This document shows positions 11,806-23,600 of a stretch of 64,000 nt of DNA, one piece after another. The stretch's first letter is position 1. Each line of letters starts with the position of its first letter. This DNA is from Thalia democratica. Its lineage: Eukaryota. The position numbers were made by a program, and so were the translations under genes. The notes under the pieces are model-generated. The model was given only the letters and a program-made list of their open reading frames with translations, had not been told where the DNA came from and searched no databases. The stretch lies in NCBI GenBank assembly GCA_965202585.1, contig OZ241826.1, positions 105,090,001 through 105,154,000 of the forward strand, given 5' to 3'.

Positions 11806-14184
11806 AATTGAAAGCATAAGTACACTTTTTAAATAACAATTACTTTGGTGCACTTAACTTTTGTTTTAGAACCTATTTTGCTTATAAATAATAAGGAATT
11901 TTCATATTTAGTTAAAAATTTTGGACTCTGAACAACTTAGTGACGTCACTTGTGGAACAATTGCATGAAAATATTTCAAAAAATTGTACAATTTTTTCAC
12001 CATACAGCAATTTATGTTCGTCTTCTATCATGTATCCGAAAAACAAATTGGAAGCTACCCAAGAGTAGCTATACAACATACATTTCACTATTTTTACTAA
12101 CGACCCTGCAAGCTTGATGCCATGCATTTATTAAGAGAGCAAATAATATTGAGCTCTTTTAATAACAAGTCTTTTATGTGCTTTAGTTTTCAGTATCTAG
12201 TTGTGCTTATCAAAAAGGAGTAACATTATGATTATTTTGAATTAATATCAATAGTGCAGATCTGTGACCTCAAATTAACTATTTTAGCACTAATCAGATC
12301 TATTACTAACAAGTCAAGAGTTTTTAATTCAGATTTTTTTGTACTAGTAATTCTATCAGAAACTTTATTATTGGTTTAGAGAAAATTTTAACAATGAAAA
12401 GTTTTTTGATTTAAAATGAAGTTTATCACAACTGCATGGATAAAATAAAATTTCAATGGCTAAATAAAGTAGTTTGTTTAAAAGTTATATATCATTTATC
12501 TGTTAGTTTTGTGTAAAAATGTTAATTAAGGAATCAATTTCATTCTTACAGGCACTTTTCTTAAATAAACTAAAAGCATAAATACACCATTAGCTGTATT
12601 GTCAAAATATCGACTGCTTAATGTGGTTATAATTTAAGTATTCTAACGCAGTTTATTACTAAAATACCAAAATATAAACGTTTCTAAAGACTTTAACCGC
12701 AAATTTTTTTTAAGGTGATCATAAACTTACTAAGAGCTAGATGAAGTAGTTTATATTTTACAAAAACGCCATTTATTTTCAAGCTTAAATGAAAAACGAA
12801 AACGTTAATCGTAAAGATAAGTAAATAATTACATTATAAATATTTTAAGAGCATAAGCAACTTAATGCGCTTTTAATTAAATTAAGGTATTTACCTTTGT
12901 GTACATTAATAACAACGTATATACTGCTTTTTAATTATCTTGACTCTACACATGCAATTTTTCCAACATGTTAAATTTTTTTTTTCAAACTGCAGTCTCA
13001 ACTGCAATGTAGTTTTTATGCAGCTAAAACATTTTTTTTTTAAATTGTTCTTTACACATACACGTTCGCTGTAATTAATATTTAATAACGGTTGGTATTT
13101 GAAGCTACTTAATAGGGCTTATACACATTTGAAATATGAATATGATTTATAAAAGTTTACTCTTAAAAATACTTTTAATAACTCTTACGGAAGCAAATAC
13201 GAGTATATTTAAAGCCTCTAATATTGTATTAAATATACTTTAAGTTTCAAGTTTTTTTACGATAATCTAATCTACAACATCAACGAAAAACAATGGATTG
13301 CAAACGTTTCGAAACTTCAAGTTTTAAAAAGACTGTGCTCACACATTCAAACTCTGCAGTCTCGCACGCGCAGTGACGCAACGTAGCTTTTGATTGAGAA
13401 AAGTATTATTTGAAGTTGTACTAAATTTTTATCCCAATAATGCCATTAACTATATATCTGAAGATTAAATTTGGGTTCAATTTAAAGTCACGGTATGTGG
13501 CTAATTTAGACAATAGAATAAGCGTAAATTTTACTTTTAAAAGTTTTATGAAGTAAACGAACTTGAATAATTGTTTTGTCTGTATTTAAAATTGGTAGTT
13601 TTACTATAAATTACAAAACGAAAGTTTTACTATAAATTACAAAACGAAATGAATTTGAAAGAATAAATTCATTATTTCTCCTCAAGTAGTTGAGATCTCT
13701 CTATTTGTTTTCTTAAAACCAAAACATATAATAAATTGGAAAACAGTTAAATTTTTTAAACATTTTAAACCTTTTTTTTTTTGTTTTACTGCGCACATGC
13801 ATTCAAAATCTGCAGTCTCGCACGAACAGTGACGTAATATAGCTTTTGATTGAGAAAAGTGTTATTTGAAGTTGTACGAAAATTTAAGCATGTGCGTACA
13901 GTTAACACAGGTTTTTTCCAAACAGGTTCAAATTTAAAGCCACGATATGTGGCTAGTATTAAATAATTATGTAAACATAAATATTACAAATAAAAAGTTT
14001 AATGAAGCTAACTAATTTAAATAGTTGTGTTCGTATTTAAAGTTGGTGTTTTATACCATAAATTACAGCACTGTTATTAAGTTGTGACATTTTAAAGCAT
14101 TTTTTAATATTATGTTACTTTCGTACCTTTTTCTAATATATTTCCGCAATATAATAAATTTAATTCTCGTTATATCATCTAGTA

Positions 14185-14580
14185 TTCTTCCACAGTTCGT
14201 ATTCGCCAAAACACACGAAGCTGCTTGCTTCAACTAACTTCAGTAAACATACATGAATAAAAATATAATTTAACTAACTTAATACTTTTACAGTATTATT
14301 TTCAGTTTGGACTAAAAACTTCTCGTTATAAACCAACTTATAATATTTATCTTATAACTTTATATTTATTTTACAGTCGGTTTCGCAAAATCACCAAAAA
14401 CTTCTTTTTTTATAATAATTTTTAATATTTTATAACTTTTTATTTTTTTTTAGTTCGGATTCGCGAAAACACCAGAAAGTTCTTGTTTTAAAATCACTTT
14501 GATATTTTGTAAATATTTTACAATTTATTTTATTATTATTTAATTTTCAGTTTGGATTCGCGAAAACACCAGAAACTTCG
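14185..14580 (+). repeat. Tandem copies of acceptor plus exon start (5 copies)
   Basis: Exon-start copies at 14196, 14306, 14377, 14454 and the functional 14551. Confidence 0.85.
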
Positions 14581-14624
14581 TGCTTGTGGGTCGAAGGAGA
14601 TGCCAGCGAAAGTTTTTTCAAAAA
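14551..14624 (+). CDS. SPEN: SPEN-like exon (RRM start, FGFAKTPETSCLWVEG)
   Basis: ttttcag acceptor, gtttgt donor, phase 0/2. Confidence 0.8.
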
Positions 14625-17600
14625 GTTTGTTTTTTTATTTTATTTTTGATAAATTTATGTTTAAAAACTTATTTATAATTATATGTTTCAATAAATTCAA
14701 TTTATGAGTTTTTAGATTGAAAATTATTTTTATGTATTCAAAAAAATTTTCATTCAACATTTTAATATATGCCAGTAAAAGTTTATCTAAAAGTTTGTTT
14801 TTGTTTATTTTCAAATCCCTTTTTTAGTAAATATACTGTTTAAATTAAGAAGTTTCAAAAATTTTTTTTAAATTCAAATAATATTAAGCGCTTTTTTTAG
14901 GTAAGTGAAATTAAAAAAATTAAATATTAATATTTTTCAAAATTGGAGTTCGAAAAGTTAATGTGGTTGATAATTTTTTTGGTGTTTAAATTATTTACTT
15001 TTAATCAATTAAACTCAGAGCTATTTTGTTAACTCTTGCTGAAAGCAAATAAAATCCACTTAATTATTATAGTAATTAAATTTGCATTAGTAAAACAAAA
15101 ATAACTTTTTACAACTGTTTAAGCTACTTCATTCAACATATGGTATAATTTATTTAAAAAAAAATAGTTTAAAATTTGTCATTATTTTCAATTGAATTAA
15201 GGCATCGAACTCATTTACTAAATTTGAGGCTAAAATTTGCAAACAAAAAATAATGGTTCTGCTGTAAGTAATAATAACTGTCTGTAATAATAACTGTGAA
15301 TTAATCATTCTGACTTAAGTTAAAGATATTTAGAAAAATAAGATTAAAATTTTAGTTTTTTTAGTAGTTAAATGATATACTGAAAAGAAAACTTTGTTAA
15401 AAAAGAAATTTTAAAACTAGTACCCGTATTTTCACTCCCCTAGTATAGATAAAATATAATTGGCAAGACAGGTAAGTTAATCAAATATTATATGATATAT
15501 TTAAATAATCTTTTTCACTCAGATTCAGAAAAAATAAGCACAGAAACCTTTTGTTAAAAAATGAATGAATTAAAAAAACATATTATTCACATATTTGGCA
15601 TAATAGGCCCGTTAACTCGCAATGAGAAATTGCGTAAATCATTATTTTATAAATTTGCTGTAAACTACCACTAAATCCATTTTTTTAAAATCAATAAATA
15701 AATGACTTTTAATTGAATTTAAACAAACTTATTCTATTCTATTTCTGATTTTTTTAATTATTGTATTATTTATTGTTTTATATATTATATATTTTACATT
15801 TATTATATTGTATATTTATTAACTCGTTAAATATTAGCCGTTTAACTCGCAATGAGAAGTCGCAATGAGAAGTCGCATAAATCATTAAAATTTAATAATA
15901 TAAATCTGCTGTAAACTATTACTAAATCCATTAATTTTTTTTAAACTCAATAAATAAATTTTTAATTTACCTAAATTTAAACAAACTTGTTAACAGATTC
16001 GGCAAGGTGGGCCCACTGACGCGCAACCAGAAGCTCCACCAATCGCTGGTGTTCTACGACAAATGCGAGCACGCCATTGGCGCGTACAGATCCATCCGGA
16101 ATTCCCCGCACACGAAACTGAAAGTTGACTACGCGGACAGATTTCTGATAAAATATTTCGTTCAGATCATGAAGAGATCCGGTTTGTTATTCGTGTATTA
16201 AATTCTAAATGTAGTTTAATCGTGTTGATTAATATTAAATACTAAGCTGAGTCTAGTGCATATAAGTCTCACAATAAAAAAAAAATCAATCAACATTTTC
16301 ATACTAACCACTAAATAGGTCTGATAAAATAACAACAGAAAGCAGGGTTGCCAAAATATCTGGAATTCTGAAAAAGTCTGTAAAAACCTAAAATTTGAAA
16401 ACTTAAGCAAAAAAAAAAAATAAAAATCTGACATTTAAGCATTAAAAAAAACTATGATAAAACCTGGATTTTTAAACCATTTTCACATGTAAAGTAACAA
16501 AGTTTCGAATAAATACGAAAAATCTATAATATATAAAAGTATAATATAGTATAATTTTATCTCTTAACTAAAAAAGACTATGTTTTAAGTACCTTTACAG
16601 TATTTTTCCAATGTAATTATATTGACAGTTTTTAACCTTAAGTTTTGTTGTATACTAAAAATGGACCAAAAAACTTATTTATTAAAAACCTGAAAGAAGT
16701 TCAGGAACACTAGAAGAAATTTACTAATAAAACTTTGAAGGATAACACATATAAAAAAATCTTTTTATATTATGAATAATACTAAATATGATATTATAAA
16801 CTATTATATTAACCAAATGTTTTTATTTTACTCACCAAATAGATTCAGTAAAATCTTCACTCAAAGGTCTTCTGTCGTACGATGCCGCCAGACTCATGAA
16901 ACTTCTCAATTACCCTAGCAACGAAACCTACTCCCTGGTAACCGAGATCACGCTGGAACCGCCTCCCGTTGCTAAGGAGAAGAAGGAAAAGAGTAAGAAG
17001 GATGAGAAGAAGCGGGAGGGCAGGAAGGAAAAGAAAGATAAAAAAGTATGAGTTTAAATTCGTTTAATATGTTCTTTAATAGCTATAGTACAGAGGAATA
17101 AAATATCTAAAAAGAATAATATAAGGTATAGGAATTATATATATAATAAAAATATAAAGGCATTTAAATATTGACATTATTAATTAAATTACAGTTGATG
17201 TATTAATGTATTAAGTGTTAAACTACTTTTTAAGTTGAACAAATCTCAGAAAATTTTCCACCATGTTTTGAACGTTTTATTAAACCTCAATGTTAAAAGA
17301 AGATTTGATAAAAAAAAAATTGAAGTAATTTGCAATTTTGTAAATCAAGTATTTAACATTAATTTTACAATAAAATTAACAAGTTTGTTAATCATTAACA
17401 ACTTTAATTCTTAATAAAAAAAACAAAATCAACTTTCCACAACTAAGTTACTATCGCATTAAAACATAGTATTTTCAGGATAAACCCAAACGTCTAGTCT
17501 AATTATTAACTTAACATAAAAATATATTAATATATAAAATATATTTAAAAAAATATTGAAATAACTTTATAATTTTCAGGATAAAACCAAACGTCTAGTC

Positions 17601-20600
17601 TAATTATTAACTTAACATAAAAGTATATTAATATATAAAATATATTTAAAAAAATATTAAAATAACTTTATAATTTTCAGGATAAAACCAAACGTCTAGT
17701 CTTATTATTAACTTAACATAAAGATATATTTATATAAAATATTTTTAAAAAAATATTGAAATAACTTTATAATTTTCAGGATAAAACCAAACGTCTAGTC
17801 TAATTATTAACTTAACATAAAAATATATTAATATATAAAATATATTTAAAAAAATATTGAAATAACTTTATAATTTTCAGGATAAAACCAAACGTCTAGT
17901 CTAATTATTAACTTAACATAAAAATATATTAATATATAAAATATATTTAAAAAAATATTGAAATAACTTTATAATTTTCAGGATAAAACCAAACGTCCAC
18001 GCAGCGGCAGCAGAGAGTCGAAATCTGAAAAATCTTCACGGAGACACCAGAGAGAAATTGCACGGTTCGTTCTAGTTAATATTCGTCTTTTTTTTTACAT
18101 AAAAGTTTAAGTGTAAACCACATAAAACAACACTTTTGTCTTAATTTTTGCATAATTTCTATCTGAACCTTAATTAATGTACTTTTATGTTCATTTCATG
18201 CCTTAGTAGTTTTAACCTTCAAACATCCCATAGAATGTAATTTTTGCATCCTAGTTCTAAAACATCGTAAAATTTGTTTCCTCTCCCCCTTATCAATTTA
18301 CTCTTTGATCCATAACCAGTCTTTAGAAAAAGTTATAATGTTTCTTTGTTTCCTCAAAACAATCAGAATATTCTCGCAGGTCGGTAACTCCACCGGGGGG
18401 CGTCTACTTGGAAACGCCGCAGCTCGACGACCCGGTTCCCGTGGAAACCACCGAGGTCACGGATGACGTAATAATGGGAGACGAGACGCCCACTAGGGAC
18501 GAAACTTCCGACCACATAATCAGTGAGTACGTGCCGAGGGGAAGTCAGCAGAAACCGAGGAAGAGTTCACAACATGTTAGTTTGATGATTATTTATATTT
18601 GTTATATTTTAAATAATTAAACTATATTGATAATATTAAATAAATACCTAGAAATTTTTACATAGAAAAGGCATATTAGTGGTTGGCTTTGAATAAATTT
18701 AGATTCCGAAGAAATGAGTTTTTTTATGTTTAAATAAAACTAATGGTAAAATTGTATAAAAGTTTTACGTATATTCTATTTTATAAACAAGTTTATGTTG
18801 AAACATTTAGTATTTAATTCTTTTCAGTCAGTTTTACAAATTCTTTATAAATTTATATAATCTTGTAATCAAAATTCTTCCAGCAGTACGAGGTACCGTT
18901 GTCAAGGAGCCCACTTTTAAGCGACGGTGAGGTCATAGAAGAAGTCGTTACGTCACAGTCGGGCAAGGAGAAAAAGAGCAAGAAGCGCAGGAACAAGGAT
19001 GACGTCATCAGTGACGACAGGAAGAAGCTGAAGCTTGATGACGTCACAACGGTCGATGGCAGGGGAGAAAAGGTTCATCAGTCGGGCGGTAAGAAGAAGA
19101 GAAAGTTCAAGCTGCCTGAGAGTGAAAAGAAGAAAGTTGTTGAAGGTTTATATAACTTTATTTTATTTATTATATTTGAATATATTTAGACTGATGGTTT
19201 GCACAGGGTTGCCAAAAAACTGCAATCCTGGAAAAAACCTGTAATTTTACAATTTAGGCTAGAAAATCCTGGTAAAACCTGAAGTTTAAGAAGTTTCGAA
19301 AAAAACCTTGAATTTTGAACGAAAATCAGTAAAATATTAGATATTATATTTGAACATATTTAGGCTGATGGTTTGTATAAATGTTTGTATTTGATAAACT
19401 GATGTTATATCATAAGTAAATTTTTACCACCAAGCTGTTTTTCATTAATCAAATTTTTCTATTCTTAAGTTTTTTTTATATATTCAAAATAATTAACACT
19501 TTCAAGTGAACTTGGAAATTTTGCATTATTAATTGATAAGTGATCCAAAGTTCACTTGGCTTTGTTGGTATTGCTTGAAAGTTAAGTTGTTAATTTGAGT
19601 TATAAAAACCGTGTCCGCTTAAATTTTTATTTATTGCTCTCAGCAAAGGTACATTTTGTTATTAATTCAAGGCCTGTAAATGATCAAACTTACAGTTGAT
19701 AAATTTCATGAATATTAACACAATTAATGTAAAGCTTTCGAAGCCATTTAGTTTAAGCCAATCAAGTATAACAAAGAAAAACTTTATCTTTGAGTCTTAT
19801 TCAAAAAAAAAAAAACTAAAAAAAATGGACAAACAGTTTTAGCAAACAAAAAAGTGCTTAAAATACTTTAGGTATTTGCCTAGGAAATAACTTATTACCT
19901 TTGCACATTTATTGTAACTGTAAAAACTTAAGTTTTCAAGAAACTCACTGTAGTAGCTTGTTAAAATTGTTTGCTGTTTATAAATATACTAAAGATAAAA
20001 ACTGGAATTATCAGAACTTTTACTGTGTGTTTTATGATTAAATGTTTGTAATGTTTGTTTTACGATTAGATTTATTGTTTGTTTGTTTAACGTGTTTACT
20101 ACTGGTAATATATCACTTTGGTTTCCAGGAATTGTCTCATAAATTTTCATAAAACCAGTCATATATCTGAAAATTAATCGAAGTTTTCAAATTTATTAAA
20201 GTATCTTACAGACTTAAATAAGGGTTGATATTTGTCGTTCTACAGTTTAAACAAATATTAAATATCACTTAAAAAAATTGTAAAGGAAGTACTGATACAC
20301 AGTTATAAGTATTTACAAATACAGTTATAAAAATATAATTATTAGTTTGTTTAAAATTGAAAAGTAACTAAACCATAAAAGTTAAGATACTAGATTGCTC
20401 AATTATCTTATTCAGTACACTCAAATCAAAAACTTAAACATACAAACTTATAAAAGACTTAAAAAACGCTATAAAGCAAAATTTACGTTACTTAAATACT
20501 AGAAAAACAACTATGATTTTGAAATTTACTTTTAATGTATGTAATGTAAAATTGCTGTTTATTTACTAACTAACACTTAACTAAGTTAGTTAATTAAATA

Positions 20601-23600
20601 CTCTTTTACAACTATAACTTCTACTTAATAAGATTTTAAACTGTTTGTAATAAAATTATAAATGTTTTAAATTAATGTCGTTATAAGTTTATTAAAAAAT
20701 AAAATTTACTTTGAATCTTTGTTATTTACTTTACACTCAATGTTAGTTTAAAGTTCTTAGTAAACAATTTATAATTAATAAAAAACAGTTTGATGTTCTT
20801 AAACTGTGTATAAGTATACAAAAAGTTATTTTAAAATCATTAATTGTATTAAAAGTAGCAACTAAAACTGTTACCTAATTTAATAAGTGTTGATAACATT
20901 TTGCATTTTAACTAATTTAGATAACTTTTCATATATAAATACACAAAAAATTAATACAATTTTTTTTTCAGAAAAATCCCCACCTCGGAGCAGCAAAAAG
21001 TCTTCGAAATCACAAAAATCCACGAAAAAACCGGAAACCCTCGAAGCCCACAAAGCGTCTCCTATGACGTCACAACCGCTGAAACCGGTCGACCGCGGCG
21101 AAAAATTCAAACCCGCGAAACCGGGAACCCCTAAAACTAACAAATTAAAATCTCCGGTGGAGCGCGCCAAACCGGTCGAGGAGTCGCTGGAGCGTAAAAC
21201 GTGTCACGTGACCAAAACGAGAGAGGTTTGTAATGCGAGAGAAGCGGAGGAAAGAAGTTTTGAGAAGAAGGCCGCCGGCGATCCTGCAAAGAAGCCGAAA
21301 GGTGAGAAAAAAAGTTGAAAGTTTTTCAGAAAAAAATAAAGTTTTTCAGAAAATGTTTTATTCAGACTTTATGAGTCTTTCGAGCGTAACTATAAATTTG
21401 AGTTAGATATTTTTATTTTAAATTTATTATAAACTATTAAAATAACTTACGTTTTAAAAATTGATGTTTATTAAGTGTTTTTTGATAACAGAAAACCTTA
21501 TTTCATATAGAAAAAATATTTTTTTTTGACAGAGCTTTTATTACCTACATATATATTTTTTTCAGATTCTATAGATTTTTACATTTTAATTATTATTTTG
21601 TATACAATGTTAGCAGTAAGGACGTCTTCATCAGGCCAGCAGCAGAAATTTCAAACAGAAAACAAAATAAACAGTAGAGAGGTTAAAGAAGTTAAAAAGG
21701 AAAATAAAAAAGAACAGCAAGTAAAACAACAACACAGGAAAAATTCCGAATCGAAAAGGTTGGTTTTTTCGATTGTTTTTAATCGGTTGTTTACTGGTTT
21801 TTGTGCTTTTGGTTGGCCGGTAGAGTTGTTGATTTATTTTGAAAACTGTTTGTTACGCTGTTGTTAAGAATTATATTTTTTTTTCCTTTAAAGAAGTGTT
21901 GCAGTTTCGAAAAAAATGTTAATGTGCATAGATTGTAGTAATTTTTTATTAAAACTAAATATATTATATATCAAAAGTAATTTTTAAACATTTTAAACTA
22001 CTTTTTACTTTATTAAGTAAAAGTTCCTATCACTTGTTGTTTGTTTTGATTTGCGTCAATCACTTAACTAGTTGTTCGTTGTTTGAAAAATAACAAAAAC
22101 AAGATTGACAAATTAACTAATTATATGAAACAATGTCAGTGTTATTATTAATTATATAAGTTTTATAATAACTAGAAAGAAAATTTCATATGTTTATGGT
22201 TAGATAGAAACAAGTTGTTTTTAGACAAGTCTTGTTTTAAAACTTAAAACATAGTATTTTGTTTTTGTTCTGTTTTGTTTTTAAGTTGGTTTTTATTCAT
22301 TTGGCAAGTAAGACTAGTTTTCCATTCAAAAAAGTTTGGCAGCTTTGTCTTTTAACTGTTAAAAAGGCAGACTGTTAAATAAATATATAATTTATTTAGC
22401 TGGCTTTGTTAGACATAGCAAAACATTTAAAAATAAGTTAGTTTGTTTTTATATAGTTCATCAAAAAACATTCAAAATCAGCTCTGTTTCTGTTTTTTAA
22501 AATTGTTTTGCCCATATAAAATTATGAAGAAAATCAATTTTCCGTGCAACTTCTAAACAAAAAGTAGAGTTTGAGTTTTTTTCATGGGTTTTTTGGGATA
22601 AATGTTTTGTTATGAAAAAATATATGAATTAAAACAGATATTAAAATTGACAGGTTGGAATTAATATTTTGCCTTTGTTTAAAAATCGTCTAATACGAAG
22701 TTAATAAATAGTAAAAGGTAAAAGAAAATACAATATTTTTTATTAGTTTTTTAAAATCTAAATAAGGAACTTGTTTTGTACAAATTTTCATTTGAATGAA
22801 TTAATATTTAAATAAAACGCTGAGTTTAGGCGAACATTTATGAACAACTACTGGCTTTGGTGAAGGAAATTTTTCTTTATTTGAAGTTCTTTGTTGAGTC
22901 ATAAAGTCGTAATTCGATAAAAGTTTTCTTTTGCTCATGAGTGAAAAAGCTTTGTACGAACTTCTACATAATAATTATTGCAGAAAATAAAGAAATTGAA
23001 TTGTTCTTTGTTTGGTTTTTTCTATAAAATTAAAAATCTAAAAAGCTTGTGTTTTTTTTTATGGCAATAGTTTTTGTAAAAACTTATAATTTGTTAAATA
23101 AAAACTTAAGTAAAATTGTTCTTTGTTAAGTTTTTGATATAAAGCAATCCTGTTTTGTGGCAACGTATAAAAGTTCTAAAGGTTTTCGTACTTGAATTTG
23201 AAAACATGAAATAATTCTTTGTTGAAAAGTTTCATGAAAAAAGTCTTTGAAAGTACTGTATTTTTTGTTTGGCCACAAATATAAAAAATAAACAAAGAGC
23301 ACTTTTATTAAAGATACTTATTTTTAAAATAAAAAGTTCCTTGATAAAACAAGTATAAGAAGCTTTTGTTTGTGGTGCTTGTTGAAAGTTTTAATTTAAT
23401 TTCAGCATCTGAATTAAAGCTGTGATTTTTGAAAAAAAAACTACTTATTAGAAGTTTTAAGTTTATAAAAAAAATTAGTCCAGCCAGGTATAATCAAAAA
23501 ATAAGAAAAGTTTGCAAAATCAAGTTTCACCACAAAAACATTACAATAAGTTTTTCTGGTTATGGTATTGCACAAATGTTTTTACGTAAAATAAATTAAT

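Larger units (their letters stand above)
326..13954 (+). ncRNA. Candidate array of 14 small (~60 nt) Sm/U7-like RNA genes with variable 5' segments
   Basis: Motif-to-hairpin pairs: 326/440, 688/802, 1388/1498, 6486/6598, 6822/6939, 7523/7634, 8294/8403, 8626/8739, 10396/10509, 11275/11385, 11940/12053, (motif deleted)/13103, 13373/13486, 13829/13938. Spacing is 109-117 bp. The stem shows compensatory and G-U changes, and an AT(T)TTG/A tract precedes it. RNA identity is inferred, not matched to a known family. Confidence 0.5.
140..13960. repeat. Degenerate higher-order tandem repeat (~1.8-2.9 kb unit, 4 copies plus 2 extra subunits)
   Basis: Same ordered blocks (GATCTTGAYCGCAGTTTGC; GAGGAGTCTT..AATAGTAGATT; GGAGAACAGATAATATTGAGC; GTGCAGATCTG; CAAACTCTGC..GTGACG) recur in copies at ~140-1981, 6291-8110, 8111-11050 and 11051-~13200. 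Two extra CAAACTCTGC-type subunits lie at ~13345-13510 and ~13800-13960. Confidence 0.9.

Noticed and set aside
326-13954. Reading the cassettes as a CRISPR array, SL RNA genes or histone stem-loops
   Set aside because: Eukaryotic context with kb-scale irregular spacing and no cas genes; no conserved leader or positionally conserved GT donor as SL RNAs require; the stem does not fit the GGYYYT-TTTH-ARRRCC histone consensus.
1-14184. Upstream SPEN exons (earlier RRMs)
   Set aside because: No convincing plus-strand coding exon found. They probably lie before the window, but the intronic status of the array is unproven.
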